64,000 bases of DNA from NCBI GenBank assembly GCA_017549125.1, contig JAFYVL010000025.1, forward strand, positions 37,025 to 101,024, given 5' to 3'. Position 1 is the first letter of the stretch; each line of letters opens with the position of its first letter. Positions 39,218 to 48,899 of the stretch are shown here, one piece after another. The position numbers were made by a program, and so were the translations under genes. This DNA is from Oscillospiraceae bacterium (GTDB lineage Bacteria > Bacillota > Clostridia > Oscillospirales > Oscillospiraceae). The notes below the pieces were generated by a model. The model was not told the origin of the DNA, ran no database searches, and saw only the letters and a program-made list of their open reading frames with translations.

Positions 39218-40828
39218 TTACTCTTTTATCAGTTGGTATAGACAGGCAAACAGATTCTCCAAACATTCGTCGGTAGATTCCACACCGCCCTCAGAGAAGG
39301 CAGAGCCACCGGGTCGGAGCATCAATTCCTTGTCTATGGTTACATTTTTCTTATAATGGGTTTCCAGAGTCACATAGCCCTCATAACCGTCCCGTTTCAA
39401 TGCACGGAACAAGCCGGGAAAATCAGCCTCTCCCTTACAAAGGGCCACGCCCTGTGTTTCCCCGTCTGCATGTACAGCATCCTTTAAATGCACATGCACG
39501 ATATGATCCTTCAGAAACCGGTATCCATCCGGATAACCCGGCTCGGTCTCGCCGTAGAGGCTGTTGCCGGGATCCCACAGGGCTCCCACATGGTCACAGT
39601 CTACCTTGTCCAGGAGCTTTGCCAGTTTTTCACCGCTGGATGCATTGACGCTGGGTTCATTTTCAATTGCCAGCACAACACCTGCATCCCGGGCGATCTG
39701 TCCGTACTTTTGAAGCTTTTTCACCAGGGCGGCTTCGTCATAATTCTCAGATTTAAAGTATGTAAATGCCCGAACGATCTTACAGCCTAATTTTTTTGCA
39801 ACCGCGATCGCCCCATCCAATTGTGCATCGTTCTCCTGTCCCTGCTCACACTTGAGCACAGAAGAGCACAGGGCAGAGATCTGCAGATTGTATTTGGCAG
39901 CCACCGCCAGGATCTTTTCGATCTGGGCATCGGTCAGTTTTTCCGGTGCAGTATCCTCCACACTGCGGATCTCGATAGCCGCCAGATGATACTTGTCTGC
40001 CAGCTGGCAGGCAACTTCTATATCCTGGCTGATCTCGTCGGTGATCACACTGACGGGAAACAATGCGTGCAGGCCGCTGTCCGCATCTAAGTACATGGTG
40101 GCATTTTCATGGTTGCGCATGATGGTAGCAGGCACATTCTCATGGATGGGGCCGTACATGGTCTTCACCGCAGCTGCCGCCTTGGTGGGAGCAGGTACGG
40201 TACAGATCATGCGTTTGGCGGCGGTCAGCGCAGGGATGGTCAGAGTCACCGCATGGGTGGGCACCTGATCCAGGCTGGCAAAGCAGCCGTCATTGACCTG
40301 CTGCTGACGGCAGGTCTGGTCAAGCTCCACCACCTTCAGCTTACAGGGATCGTTGAAATCCGCCACATGGGGGTCATTGAAGGCAATGTGGGCGTTCTCG
40401 CCAATACCCAGGAACACAATATCCACAGGATAATCTTCCAAAAGCTTGGTATACTCCCGGCAAACAGATTCCGCGTCCGGGTACTCACTTAAATAATGCA
40501 CTTCTTTGAAGGGCAACTTAGAAAAAATAGCCGCTTCCAGGAAATTGCCGAAGCATTGGGGTGCCTGCTTGGGCAAGCCAATGTATTCGTCCATATGGAA
40601 GGCTCGGACTCTTGTCCAGTCGATCCCTTCACTTGCCACCAGATGTGCCAGAGTCTCATTCTGGGAAGGTGCCGCCGCAAAAATAATGTTGACAAACGCC
40701 TGCTTCTCCAAAAGCTGACGGATAAACTCTGCGCCATCGGCGGCAGCCGCCTGACCCATAGAATCTCTGTCCTTGAAGATATGGGTAGTCAGCTTATCGG
40801 TGACCACACTCTTGTAGCAATTCATCAC
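39218..40828 (-). CDS. nagB: Glucosamine-6-phosphate deaminase fused to a sugar-phosphate isomerase/epimerase TIM barrel
   Basis: N-half: FHMDEY, GIGENAHIAFNDP. C-half: ITDEISQD, IENE, WDPGN, HVHLKD, LETH. Confidence 0.82.
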   Translation of the reverse strand: MMNCYKSVVTDKLTTHIFKDRDSMGQAAAADGAEFIRQLLEKQAFVNIIFAAAPSQNETLAHLVASEGIDWTRVRAFHMDEYIGLPKQAPQCFGNFLEAAIFSKLPFKEVHYLSEYPDAESVCREYTKLLEDYPVDIVFLGIGENAHIAFNDPHVADFNDPCKLKVVELDQTCRQQQVNDGCFASLDQVPTHAVTLTIPALTAAKRMICTVPAPTKAAAAVKTMYGPIHENVPATIMRNHENATMYLDADSGLHALFPVSVITDEISQDIEVACQLADKYHLAAIEIRSVEDTAPEKLTDAQIEKILAVAAKYNLQISALCSSVLKCEQGQENDAQLDGAIAVAKKLGCKIVRAFTYFKSENYDEAALVKKLQKYGQIARDAGVVLAIENEPSVNASSGEKLAKLLDKVDCDHVGALWDPGNSLYGETEPGYPDGYRFLKDHIVHVHLKDAVHADGETQGVALCKGEADFPGLFRALKRDGYEGYVTLETHYKKNVTIDKELMLRPGGSAFSEGGVESTDECLENLFACLYQLIKE

Positions 40829-41850
40829 AGCTGGATCTCCTCATTGGTCTCGGAAGATTTGTAGATAGCCAAAATGGTATCCACCGCCTTACGACCCTCC
40901 AGGGGTGTTGCCAAGGGCTCCCGGTCAAAGCGGATAGCATCTACAAAGTCCTGCATAATGGGCAGATGACCGTAGGCACCAATGGCCTGGGGGTTGTCCT
41001 TCAGAGAGATGCCCTCTTCCTTCTGGTCATTCTCCTCTTTGACACCGCTTTTCAGCTCCCATTGGATCAGACCCTTATCATCAAAGATGATACTGCCGTT
41101 TTCGCAATGGATCTCAAACCGTGTTTCCTGGGCAGGATATACACAGGTGGAGCTCTCAATAATGCCAATGGCACCGTTCTTGTATTTTACTGTACAAACA
41201 GCCGCATCCTCAACTGGAATATCATGGAATTGTGTACGGGCTACGCCATAGATCTTGTCGATACCACCCATAAACCAGCTGATCAGATCCACACCGTGAA
41301 CGCCCTGGTTCATCAGAGATCCGCCGCCGTCCATTTCCCAGGTAGCACGCCAGCCGGCACTCTTGTAATACTCTGCGGTTCTGTGATACTTTAAGTAGGC
41401 AGAAGCCATCAGGGGGCGGCCAAATTCGCCGCTGTCCAATGCCGCCTTGACCTTCATGGGAATGGGTTGGGTCCTGCGCTGGAATACACAGGCAAACTTC
41501 TTGCCGGATGCCAGATATGCTTCACAAACCGCATCCAGCTTTTCCTTGGTGATCTCCATGGGTTTCTCGCAGATCACATGCTTATCTGCCTTCAGAGCAT
41601 CCATGGCGATCTGACCGTGCAAACCGCTGGGCACGCATACGCAGACCGCATCAATGTCCTTCTGTGCCAGCAGTTCATGATAATCTGCATAGACACGGGA
41701 AGGATCTACCTGAAACTGCTCAGCAAACTTCTTTGCCTTTTCCAGATCAATGTCGCATACCGCAACCAGTTGAGCGCCCTCAGCCTTCTCCAGCGCACGG
41801 GAATGATAGGGTGCAATAACACCGCATCCAATAATCGCAAAGTTTAACAT
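40825..41850 (-). CDS. Gfo/Idh/MocA-family oxidoreductase
   Basis: IIGCGVIA, CEKP, WRATWEMDGGGSLMNQGVHGVD. Confidence 0.9.
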   Translation of the reverse strand: MLNFAIIGCGVIAPYHSRALEKAEGAQLVAVCDIDLEKAKKFAEQFQVDPSRVYADYHELLAQKDIDAVCVCVPSGLHGQIAMDALKADKHVICEKPMEITKEKLDAVCEAYLASGKKFACVFQRRTQPIPMKVKAALDSGEFGRPLMASAYLKYHRTAEYYKSAGWRATWEMDGGGSLMNQGVHGVDLISWFMGGIDKIYGVARTQFHDIPVEDAAVCTVKYKNGAIGIIESSTCVYPAQETRFEIHCENGSIIFDDKGLIQWELKSGVKEENDQKEEGISLKDNPQAIGAYGHLPIMQDFVDAIRFDREPLATPLEGRKAVDTILAIYKSSETNEEIQL

Positions 41851-41972
41851 TTCTCAAATTTGGCGACTCTGCTCCTCAGGTAATCAGAACAGTCCGCCCC
41901 CTCCTTTACAGCAATGATTTCATAATGATATTATCCAATGTAGGGACAGAATTTTATATTTTCCCTATCAAA

Positions 41973-42012
41973 ATTATACGAAACCCCAATCACCTAAACA
42001 ATAGACAATCCT
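41973..42012 (-). promoter_or_regulatory. Operon promoter with putative activator site
   Basis: Minus-strand TATAAT at 41973-41978, 17-bp spacer to TTGTTT, overlapping AACAATAGACAAT (41997-42009), which is shared with the lyase promoter. Confidence 0.65.
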
Positions 42013-42106
42013 ACACAAAAATTGGATGATTATAAAAATTCGACAAGGACCTGACCTCTTGTTTTCAGGTCATTTTCTGTTTCTGCGGGTTATGCTCCTG
42101 CCCCAT

Positions 42107-42146
42107 GAAAACGATCGTCGGACAGCATCACTGCCATCCGACGATC
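42107..42146 (-). terminator. Terminator after the lyase gene
   Basis: GATCGTCGGA...TCCGACGATC 10-bp stem followed by GTTTT on the minus strand. Confidence 0.55.
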
Positions 42147-42158
42147 TTCTGCATATAT

Positions 42159-45100
42159 TCAGTTTTCCCAGGCCAGAATGTTGGCGATCTTCCAGGCGGA
42201 CATAGCCGTCTCAAACTTTCTGCACATAGCCTGAACCGCTTGCTTCTGGGCAGTTGCGAAGCTGCTGAAACTGTTGTTCACAAGTTCCAGTACATTGCGC
42301 ATACTGTACGAAACCGGATCACTCTCAATGACGGTTCCGTCTACCAAGGTAACAACTACACAGGCATTTACAGGGGTTTTGCCATGATTTGCCACATCAA
42401 AATTCTTCAGCCGCAGGGTCAGAAGATTTTGGAAGGAGGCTGTACGGCTGACCACACGATCCTCGGTAACCCACAGCTTATAGCCTATGGAGGCGACCTG
42501 TGCCTGCATCATTTCATCACCATAGAACTCTGCCTTGTAGCCGAAGCCCGTAACCGCAGGTGCCAGACTGACCGTGGTAATGCCCATATAGAAGCGGTGG
42601 AAGGATACGCCACCAGCCTCTTTGATTGCCAGGTAACGCTTGGCGTCGCTGTTGCGGCAGTTGGAAGCATACAGACCCACCACCGTTTCGATCTTAGCAC
42701 CGCTGGTCTTGTAGTTGTCTGTAGCACTGTCCATACCATACAAAGTTCCGGAAACCGTAACCTTAGACAGACTGCAGCCGTTCAGATCCAGGTACAGGTC
42801 ACCCCGGGCGGTGATTGCTTCATCCGAATCTGCCATCAGCTTGACCACACCGCCACCGGCTGCATCCACAGCCTCCTGTACCGTTTCATATGGGGTACCG
42901 TTCACCGTTGCCTTCGTAACAAGTATGGGGATCTCTTCCGAAACCACATTGCCGCAAACGCAGGTTTTCTGCCGAATACCTGCCGCAGTCAGGGTGGGCT
43001 GCTGGATGATCTCATATTCACCGTAGCTGTGAACAATATCTTCATCGTATTTGCAATGCTTGCAATACACCGCATGGGTGCCATCCAGATTGTCTGTATA
43101 GGTCAGATATTTCAGATGACTGGGATAATGGTAATAGCCGCAGGTTTTGCAGGTTCTTTTATGGGTAGAAGGATCATCCGGATTCACTGCAAAACTCCAG
43201 GGCGCATGTTTTTCTACGATGGTATCCCCACAGCGGGTGCATTGGGTGGTATGATAGGTGTCATCCGTAGGTGTGGTCACATATTGGTGAGAACAGGTTT
43301 TTCCCGTTTGCCACGCCAGTACCGGGAATCCGCCGTTGACGGCATTTACATCTCCGTCAAAGCCATCACCCAAAACAGAAGCATAGCCTTTCATGGCATC
43401 TGCCGATACCAATGCCGTATTGGAAACTACCAGGTTGTTGGCTGTCTTGACGGGCTTGATGCCGCCAACGGCATAGCAGTTGTCCATACTTCCCGTTGCC
43501 GAAGCATGGGCAATGCTCAAAACGCCGTAGCTATGCCCCACATTGTAGCAATTTCTTATTGCTATATTCTTGGCCGCACTTGTCAGGTTTCCGATCATAC
43601 CGCCGGTGGAATTTCCGTAGTTCTTTCCGGAAATATAGGCAACATTGTAGCAGTTTTCGATGGTACAGTTACTGCCTGCCACACGACCGGCAATGCCGCC
43701 AACAATATTATTACCGTAAACGGTAGCCTTGTTATAGCAGCCGCTGACGGTGGTACTTGAGCCAACGCTGCCCACGATACCGCCGACCTTTTCATTACCC
43801 AAGATCAAGCCGCTTTCCACGCCCACATTTTGGATGGTTGCACCGCTGACCTGTCCAAACAGGCCCGTAAAGCCATTCCGGTCGCAAACCGTCAGATTGC
43901 CGATGGTATACCCACAGCCATCAAACTGTCCCTTAAAAGTATAGCTCTTGGTTTCGTCTGCGCCACCGATGGACAGCCAGGGCGCACCTGCCAGATCAAT
44001 ATTTCCCTGCAGCTGGATCTTTTTGCCGGAGAAGGTATCTCCCTTTCTGACCAAATAGGACATTAGGCGCAGATCATCTGCACAGGTGATTTGATAAACA
44101 CCATCGGTTACCGTCAGGGTGGTTGCCTTCCCTGTATTCTCCCAGGCAAGCACCGGGAACATGCCGTTATGCACGAAATAATCCTCTGCAAACTTGCTTC
44201 CCAGGCCTGCGGCGCTGTTTCGCAGATCTGCCGGGGACAGTTGGTAAGAATCGGTTATCACCAGGGAATTAGGCTCGTCGGACAGGGTAACGGAATCTAC
44301 GGTATAGCAGTTGGTGATTTCCGCTGTGGTGACGGATGCATTGACCCGTCCGATGATGCCGCAGGAATGTTCTGAATTATTATAACAGTTTTTGATCACC
44401 GCGTTCTGTCCGTCACTTGCCATATAACCCGCAATGCCGCCGGAGCTGTTTGCGGCAAAAACGCCGCCCGTATTATAACAGTTTTCTACGGTGCATCCCT
44501 TTTGGGAGATCATGCCCACAATGCCGCCTATAGCGGTTCTGCCGGAAATAACGGCTTTGTTGTAGCAGCCGGAAATCACAGCACCGGAGCGGATCACACC
44601 GGCTATGGCACCGGCTTTTTCCGTTCCGATCACGATGCCGCTTTCAATGCCCACATTGCGGATAGTGCCTCCGGAAACGAAGCCAAACAACCCCACATAG
44701 GAGTTTCCACCGGTGACCGTCAGATTTTTGACGGTGTGTCCGCCGCCATCAAAGGTTCCTGCAAAATAGGGATTTTGCTGCTCATCGCTGACAATGTTGC
44801 CACCAATGGGTATCCATTCCACACCCTCCAGATCAATGTCCGCACACAGGCGAACGGTTTTCCCTGCAAAGGTGTTATGCTCTACATTCACCATATAGGC
44901 AAAGCTCCGAAGCGCCTGGGCAGAATCAATGCAATAGGCTCCGCTGTCGTCCTGGGGCAGGGTCTGCACAGCACCGTAAAGCGGTGCCGCCAGCACAGGG
45001 AATCCCCTGTTTTGCTGCAGGACAGCATCCTGCATATAGGCTGTGCCAAGCAATGTATCTGCCGTCTGCAATTCTGTCTGCCCAAGGCTTTGGCAGTTTG

Positions 45101-48100
45101 TAAGGGTATAGCCAGCGGTGCTGAGCACAAGAGGCACATCGGTCAAACCATAACAGTTTTGGAAGGAAATGCCCGTTGCAGAAGCACTTAAGGTTGCCGC
45201 TAAGCCACCGGCAGAGCTACCGGTCACAGAACCGGCATTGTAGCAATTCACGATGGCAGAACCGGATGCGCTGGCAGAGAACCAGCCGATCAAACCGCCG
45301 GCGATCAGATCCGCCCGGATGGTGCCGGTATTATAGCAGTTTTCCAAATGAACGGCATCGGGAACACCGATCAGGCCGCCGGTCTGGCTGTTGCCTCGGA
45401 TATATGCCCGATTGTAACAGTTTTTGATCGTACCGTCGCAATAACCGGCTAAGCCTGCCACCTTCTTCGCACCGGTCACCCGACCGCTTTCAATGCCCAG
45501 GTTTTGTATGGTGCCCTGAACAGAGCCAAACAGACCTACATAGGAACGGTTGGCGGTAATGCTGAGGTTGCGAATACAATGACCTTGTCCGTCAAATGTG
45601 CCCTGGAACACCTTACCTTTATTGGTGTCAGAGGTAGAATTGCCGCCAATGGGTATCCATTCCTGCATTTGCAGGTCAAGATTGCAACCCAGCTTCACCG
45701 TTTTTCCTTTATAAGTATTCTTTCCGCTGTTTACCTCGTAGGCAAGCATGCGAAGCTGTGCAACGGTGTCAATGGTCAGATCCTCCGGAATTGTCGTCTG
45801 GCATTGCCATGCCAGTACCGGGAATCCTTCGTTTTCCATTTCGCAGTCATAAACAAAGCTGGTTCCCAGAGAAATGGCCGCACCCTTCATGCGTGCAACA
45901 ATGGAATGTTTGGCATTTGAGGAATAACTCTCCAAGGCAGTATTGTCTGTTACCGCCTCACTTTTTATGGGTGTAGTGGCATAACAGTTGGAGACGGTAA
46001 CCTTTGTAACCAACAGATCCTGCTCTGTAGTGTTATAAAATCCGATCAGTCCGCATCTGCCAAGGGTGTCGCTGAGATTGCCTGTATGGTAGCAGCTTTT
46101 CATGGTCAGGGTGGTTTTGCTGGCAAGATAGCCTACGATACCGCCGGCCATACTGCCATTGCTTCTGACAGAGGCATGGTTATAGCAATTGGTAATGGAG
46201 CTGGTGCCGCTCAGCTGACCCACCAGGCCGCCGTTTGTGCCACCGAAGGAAACCACATCTGCCCTGTTGAAGCAATTATCCAGGGTCACTTGGTTGGCAA
46301 ATCCCATCAAACCGCCGGACACACCGCCGCTGAACACAGTTCCGCTTTCAATGCCTACATTCTTCACCGTAGCCAAATATGTCTGACCAAAGAAGCCAAC
46401 ATTTTTGCTGTTGGGTTCAAAAATAAACAGATTTTTTATTGTATGATTTCCGCCATCAAAGACGCCCCTGAAGGTCGTCCCCGTGCCGCAGCCGCCGATG
46501 GGTGTAAATGTGCGGCCCTTCAGATCAATATTACCCATCAGCTTAACGGTTTTGCCCTCAAAGGTGGTACCGGCATTTACCATCTGTGCAAACAGCATAA
46601 GCTGCTCGGCATTGCTGATCTCATAGACTCCCTGGCTGTTCTTGGTAAGGGTCTGGGTCTTGTCATACTTGGACAGCAAGCCGTCGAAGCCATCCACAGC
46701 CACCTCCGGCAATGCTTTTGCCCGATCCCCATCCGTCAAAACCGGGGTAAACACAACGGCAATATTTGCGTTTGTTACATTTTCCAGGTGAATGGCCAGC
46801 TTTTTGTATTCTGTTCTGCTTTTTTGCCCGGAAGGATTGGGGGATGTGGCAAGGGGCTGTGCATCCATCACCGTAAACACCGCATCCGAAGGCTCTGCAA
46901 TTTGGGCAAGCAAAGTCTTATCCCCTATGGTCAGCTCTGCGGTTTTTCCGTCTGCAGACAGGGTGATCGCCGCCTTGGTATGGGCAAACCAATAGATTTC
47001 TGCCGCAGAAGTACAGGTGATCTCATCTCGCACCAGCACTCTGCTCCGCTGATCAAACAAAAGCATGCCGCGCTTGGCAGAAGCTGCCCCATAGCTGTCA
47101 TAGGCATCCAGCATATCCACCACCGCGTAGCCACCGTCTTTTGCGCTTTCGTAGTCCACGATCTGGCATTTGGCGTCAGCTGCCTGACCGCCGCCTTCTC
47201 CCGGGTTGATGACCAGGGTGTTTTGTCCCTCTGCCCGCTTGCGGTAGCAATCCCATCGGTCACAGTCCTCCAGGTAGCCCTTGCTTGTAAATGTGCCTGT
47301 CAAAGCGTAGTTTTCCTTGCCAAGATCCTCAAACCAGCGTTCTCCCATGGCATCCAGCACAAAGGTGCCTACATCCATATCCGCATGGCTGGTGCTGTTA
47401 TAGCCGGATTTTATGGCCGCATAGATCTCCGTACCGGTTCCGGCCTCACTTCTGAAGGATGCAATACTTTGATAATGGTCGCTGTAAAGCAGATAATCCA
47501 GCTGCTGTTCATAGGCATCCGTATCTGCCACCAGCTCCGGATCATACCACAATAGTGCCAAAAATTCATCATACAGAACCGTGGTGGTCTGCATTTGCCG
47601 TTGATATAAGGACAGCTCCGGCATGTTATAGCGACCTGCAAACCAGTGCAGCATGGCACCGGAGAACAACGAAGCATTGGCATCACCGAAATTAAAAGAC
47701 GACACATTGCCGTTCATTGCCAGCATATACTGAACGCACTGCTGAACACCGTCCATATCCGAAAGGCCAAAATCCGTTCCCAGAACGCTGTCCAGGGTGG
47801 CAAACAACACCGTCATAAATCCTGCGCCCAGCAGATAATATTCCGGTCCTTCCGGATAAGCACCGGAGGGAGTCAATACCGCCAAAGCCTTCTGCACTCT
47901 GGTTACCGCATCCGAAAGATACTCACTGCAGTCCTGGGGATAGTCCTCATAAATCGCGCAGGCCGCAATGGAAACGCCTGCATGACACCAGGGATTCCAG
48001 TTGGTCAGCGAATTCATATAGGAACGGCTCACCTGAGAAGTCTTAATGGCATAGTTATACAGGGTCTGGGAAATGGTGGTGCGCTGTGCATCCGTCATAT

Positions 48101-48623
48101 AATGATATAGCCAGTCATAGCCGATACCAACACCGTATGCCATCTGCGCCACATCCAAATAGTGTCCCGGATTCCATGTAGGAAACCCGCATACTGCCAG
48201 CATTTCTTCAACTGCGCGCTCTGCAAACCGTCTCTCCCCGCTGATCTGGTAAAGAAAGGCCATCCAGGTGATCCGGTAGCTGGCTGTTCTGGACGCATCC
48301 AAAATAGAATCTCCGTTTGCTCCGGTATATACACTGACATCTGCATCCAACTGAGAAACGCAATAATTGTATATCCGTTCATACCAGACCCGCATATAGG
48401 AATCTGTTTGGATCAAACTGCGTACCCGGGCAAAATCATCACTGTTTGCCAGGATTCGAGGGTGCTGACCTTCCGATCGAGCCAAAAACAGTTCGCTTAT
48501 CTTCTCCTCTGTTGCACTGGGTACCGCAACGGTAGATTCCGCACCGTGAGCTTGGAATACGACCATTGGAAACATACCCAGAATCAATGCAACTGTCATA
48601 ATAAAAGAAACACATCTTTTCAT
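42159..48623 (-). CDS. Secreted multidomain polysaccharide lyase (heparinase II/III superfamily, PL35-like) with 4 GLUG-like units, Cys/His repeats and a C-terminal ~250-aa domain
   Basis: WNPGHYLDVAQM..GIGYDWLY, NWNPWC, YPEGPEYY, HADMDVGTFVLDAMGERW. Confidence 0.8.
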   Translation of the reverse strand: MKRCVSFIMTVALILGMFPMVVFQAHGAESTVAVPSATEEKISELFLARSEGQHPRILANSDDFARVRSLIQTDSYMRVWYERIYNYCVSQLDADVSVYTGANGDSILDASRTASYRITWMAFLYQISGERRFAERAVEEMLAVCGFPTWNPGHYLDVAQMAYGVGIGYDWLYHYMTDAQRTTISQTLYNYAIKTSQVSRSYMNSLTNWNPWCHAGVSIAACAIYEDYPQDCSEYLSDAVTRVQKALAVLTPSGAYPEGPEYYLLGAGFMTVLFATLDSVLGTDFGLSDMDGVQQCVQYMLAMNGNVSSFNFGDANASLFSGAMLHWFAGRYNMPELSLYQRQMQTTTVLYDEFLALLWYDPELVADTDAYEQQLDYLLYSDHYQSIASFRSEAGTGTEIYAAIKSGYNSTSHADMDVGTFVLDAMGERWFEDLGKENYALTGTFTSKGYLEDCDRWDCYRKRAEGQNTLVINPGEGGGQAADAKCQIVDYESAKDGGYAVVDMLDAYDSYGAASAKRGMLLFDQRSRVLVRDEITCTSAAEIYWFAHTKAAITLSADGKTAELTIGDKTLLAQIAEPSDAVFTVMDAQPLATSPNPSGQKSRTEYKKLAIHLENVTNANIAVVFTPVLTDGDRAKALPEVAVDGFDGLLSKYDKTQTLTKNSQGVYEISNAEQLMLFAQMVNAGTTFEGKTVKLMGNIDLKGRTFTPIGGCGTGTTFRGVFDGGNHTIKNLFIFEPNSKNVGFFGQTYLATVKNVGIESGTVFSGGVSGGLMGFANQVTLDNCFNRADVVSFGGTNGGLVGQLSGTSSITNCYNHASVRSNGSMAGGIVGYLASKTTLTMKSCYHTGNLSDTLGRCGLIGFYNTTEQDLLVTKVTVSNCYATTPIKSEAVTDNTALESYSSNAKHSIVARMKGAAISLGTSFVYDCEMENEGFPVLAWQCQTTIPEDLTIDTVAQLRMLAYEVNSGKNTYKGKTVKLGCNLDLQMQEWIPIGGNSTSDTNKGKVFQGTFDGQGHCIRNLSITANRSYVGLFGSVQGTIQNLGIESGRVTGAKKVAGLAGYCDGTIKNCYNRAYIRGNSQTGGLIGVPDAVHLENCYNTGTIRADLIAGGLIGWFSASASGSAIVNCYNAGSVTGSSAGGLAATLSASATGISFQNCYGLTDVPLVLSTAGYTLTNCQSLGQTELQTADTLLGTAYMQDAVLQQNRGFPVLAAPLYGAVQTLPQDDSGAYCIDSAQALRSFAYMVNVEHNTFAGKTVRLCADIDLEGVEWIPIGGNIVSDEQQNPYFAGTFDGGGHTVKNLTVTGGNSYVGLFGFVSGGTIRNVGIESGIVIGTEKAGAIAGVIRSGAVISGCYNKAVISGRTAIGGIVGMISQKGCTVENCYNTGGVFAANSSGGIAGYMASDGQNAVIKNCYNNSEHSCGIIGRVNASVTTAEITNCYTVDSVTLSDEPNSLVITDSYQLSPADLRNSAAGLGSKFAEDYFVHNGMFPVLAWENTGKATTLTVTDGVYQITCADDLRLMSYLVRKGDTFSGKKIQLQGNIDLAGAPWLSIGGADETKSYTFKGQFDGCGYTIGNLTVCDRNGFTGLFGQVSGATIQNVGVESGLILGNEKVGGIVGSVGSSTTVSGCYNKATVYGNNIVGGIAGRVAGSNCTIENCYNVAYISGKNYGNSTGGMIGNLTSAAKNIAIRNCYNVGHSYGVLSIAHASATGSMDNCYAVGGIKPVKTANNLVVSNTALVSADAMKGYASVLGDGFDGDVNAVNGGFPVLAWQTGKTCSHQYVTTPTDDTYHTTQCTRCGDTIVEKHAPWSFAVNPDDPSTHKRTCKTCGYYHYPSHLKYLTYTDNLDGTHAVYCKHCKYDEDIVHSYGEYEIIQQPTLTAAGIRQKTCVCGNVVSEEIPILVTKATVNGTPYETVQEAVDAAGGGVVKLMADSDEAITARGDLYLDLNGCSLSKVTVSGTLYGMDSATDNYKTSGAKIETVVGLYASNCRNSDAKRYLAIKEAGGVSFHRFYMGITTVSLAPAVTGFGYKAEFYGDEMMQAQVASIGYKLWVTEDRVVSRTASFQNLLTLRLKNFDVANHGKTPVNACVVVTLVDGTVIESDPVSYSMRNVLELVNNSFSSFATAQKQAVQAMCRKFETAMSAWKIANILAWEN

Positions 48624-48656
48624 AATTCTGATTCCTTTCCCAGATTTCCTGCTTTA

Positions 48657-48717
48657 ATCGTACAAAACCACCCACATATCAACAATAGACAATTCTGCAA
48701 TTCTCTTAGACAATCCT
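48657..48717 (-). promoter_or_regulatory. Lyase promoter with TAGACAAT direct repeats at 21-bp period
   Basis: Minus-strand TACGAT at 48657-48662; TAGACAAT at 48686 and 48707. Confidence 0.6.
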
Positions 48718-48899
48718 TTATTTTTGCTTCAAAAGCTCCCAATCTGCCCAAAATAACGCAGTTTTAGTATCAATATCACAGTATACAAGGCGTTTTTCAA
48801 AACAATGCCCACAAACGCATTGTACAAGAATTTTCGTCCCCGACAGATTTCCCTAGGAAGTGACGCAGAAGATGTGTTATCTAATGGGTGTAATTGTTT

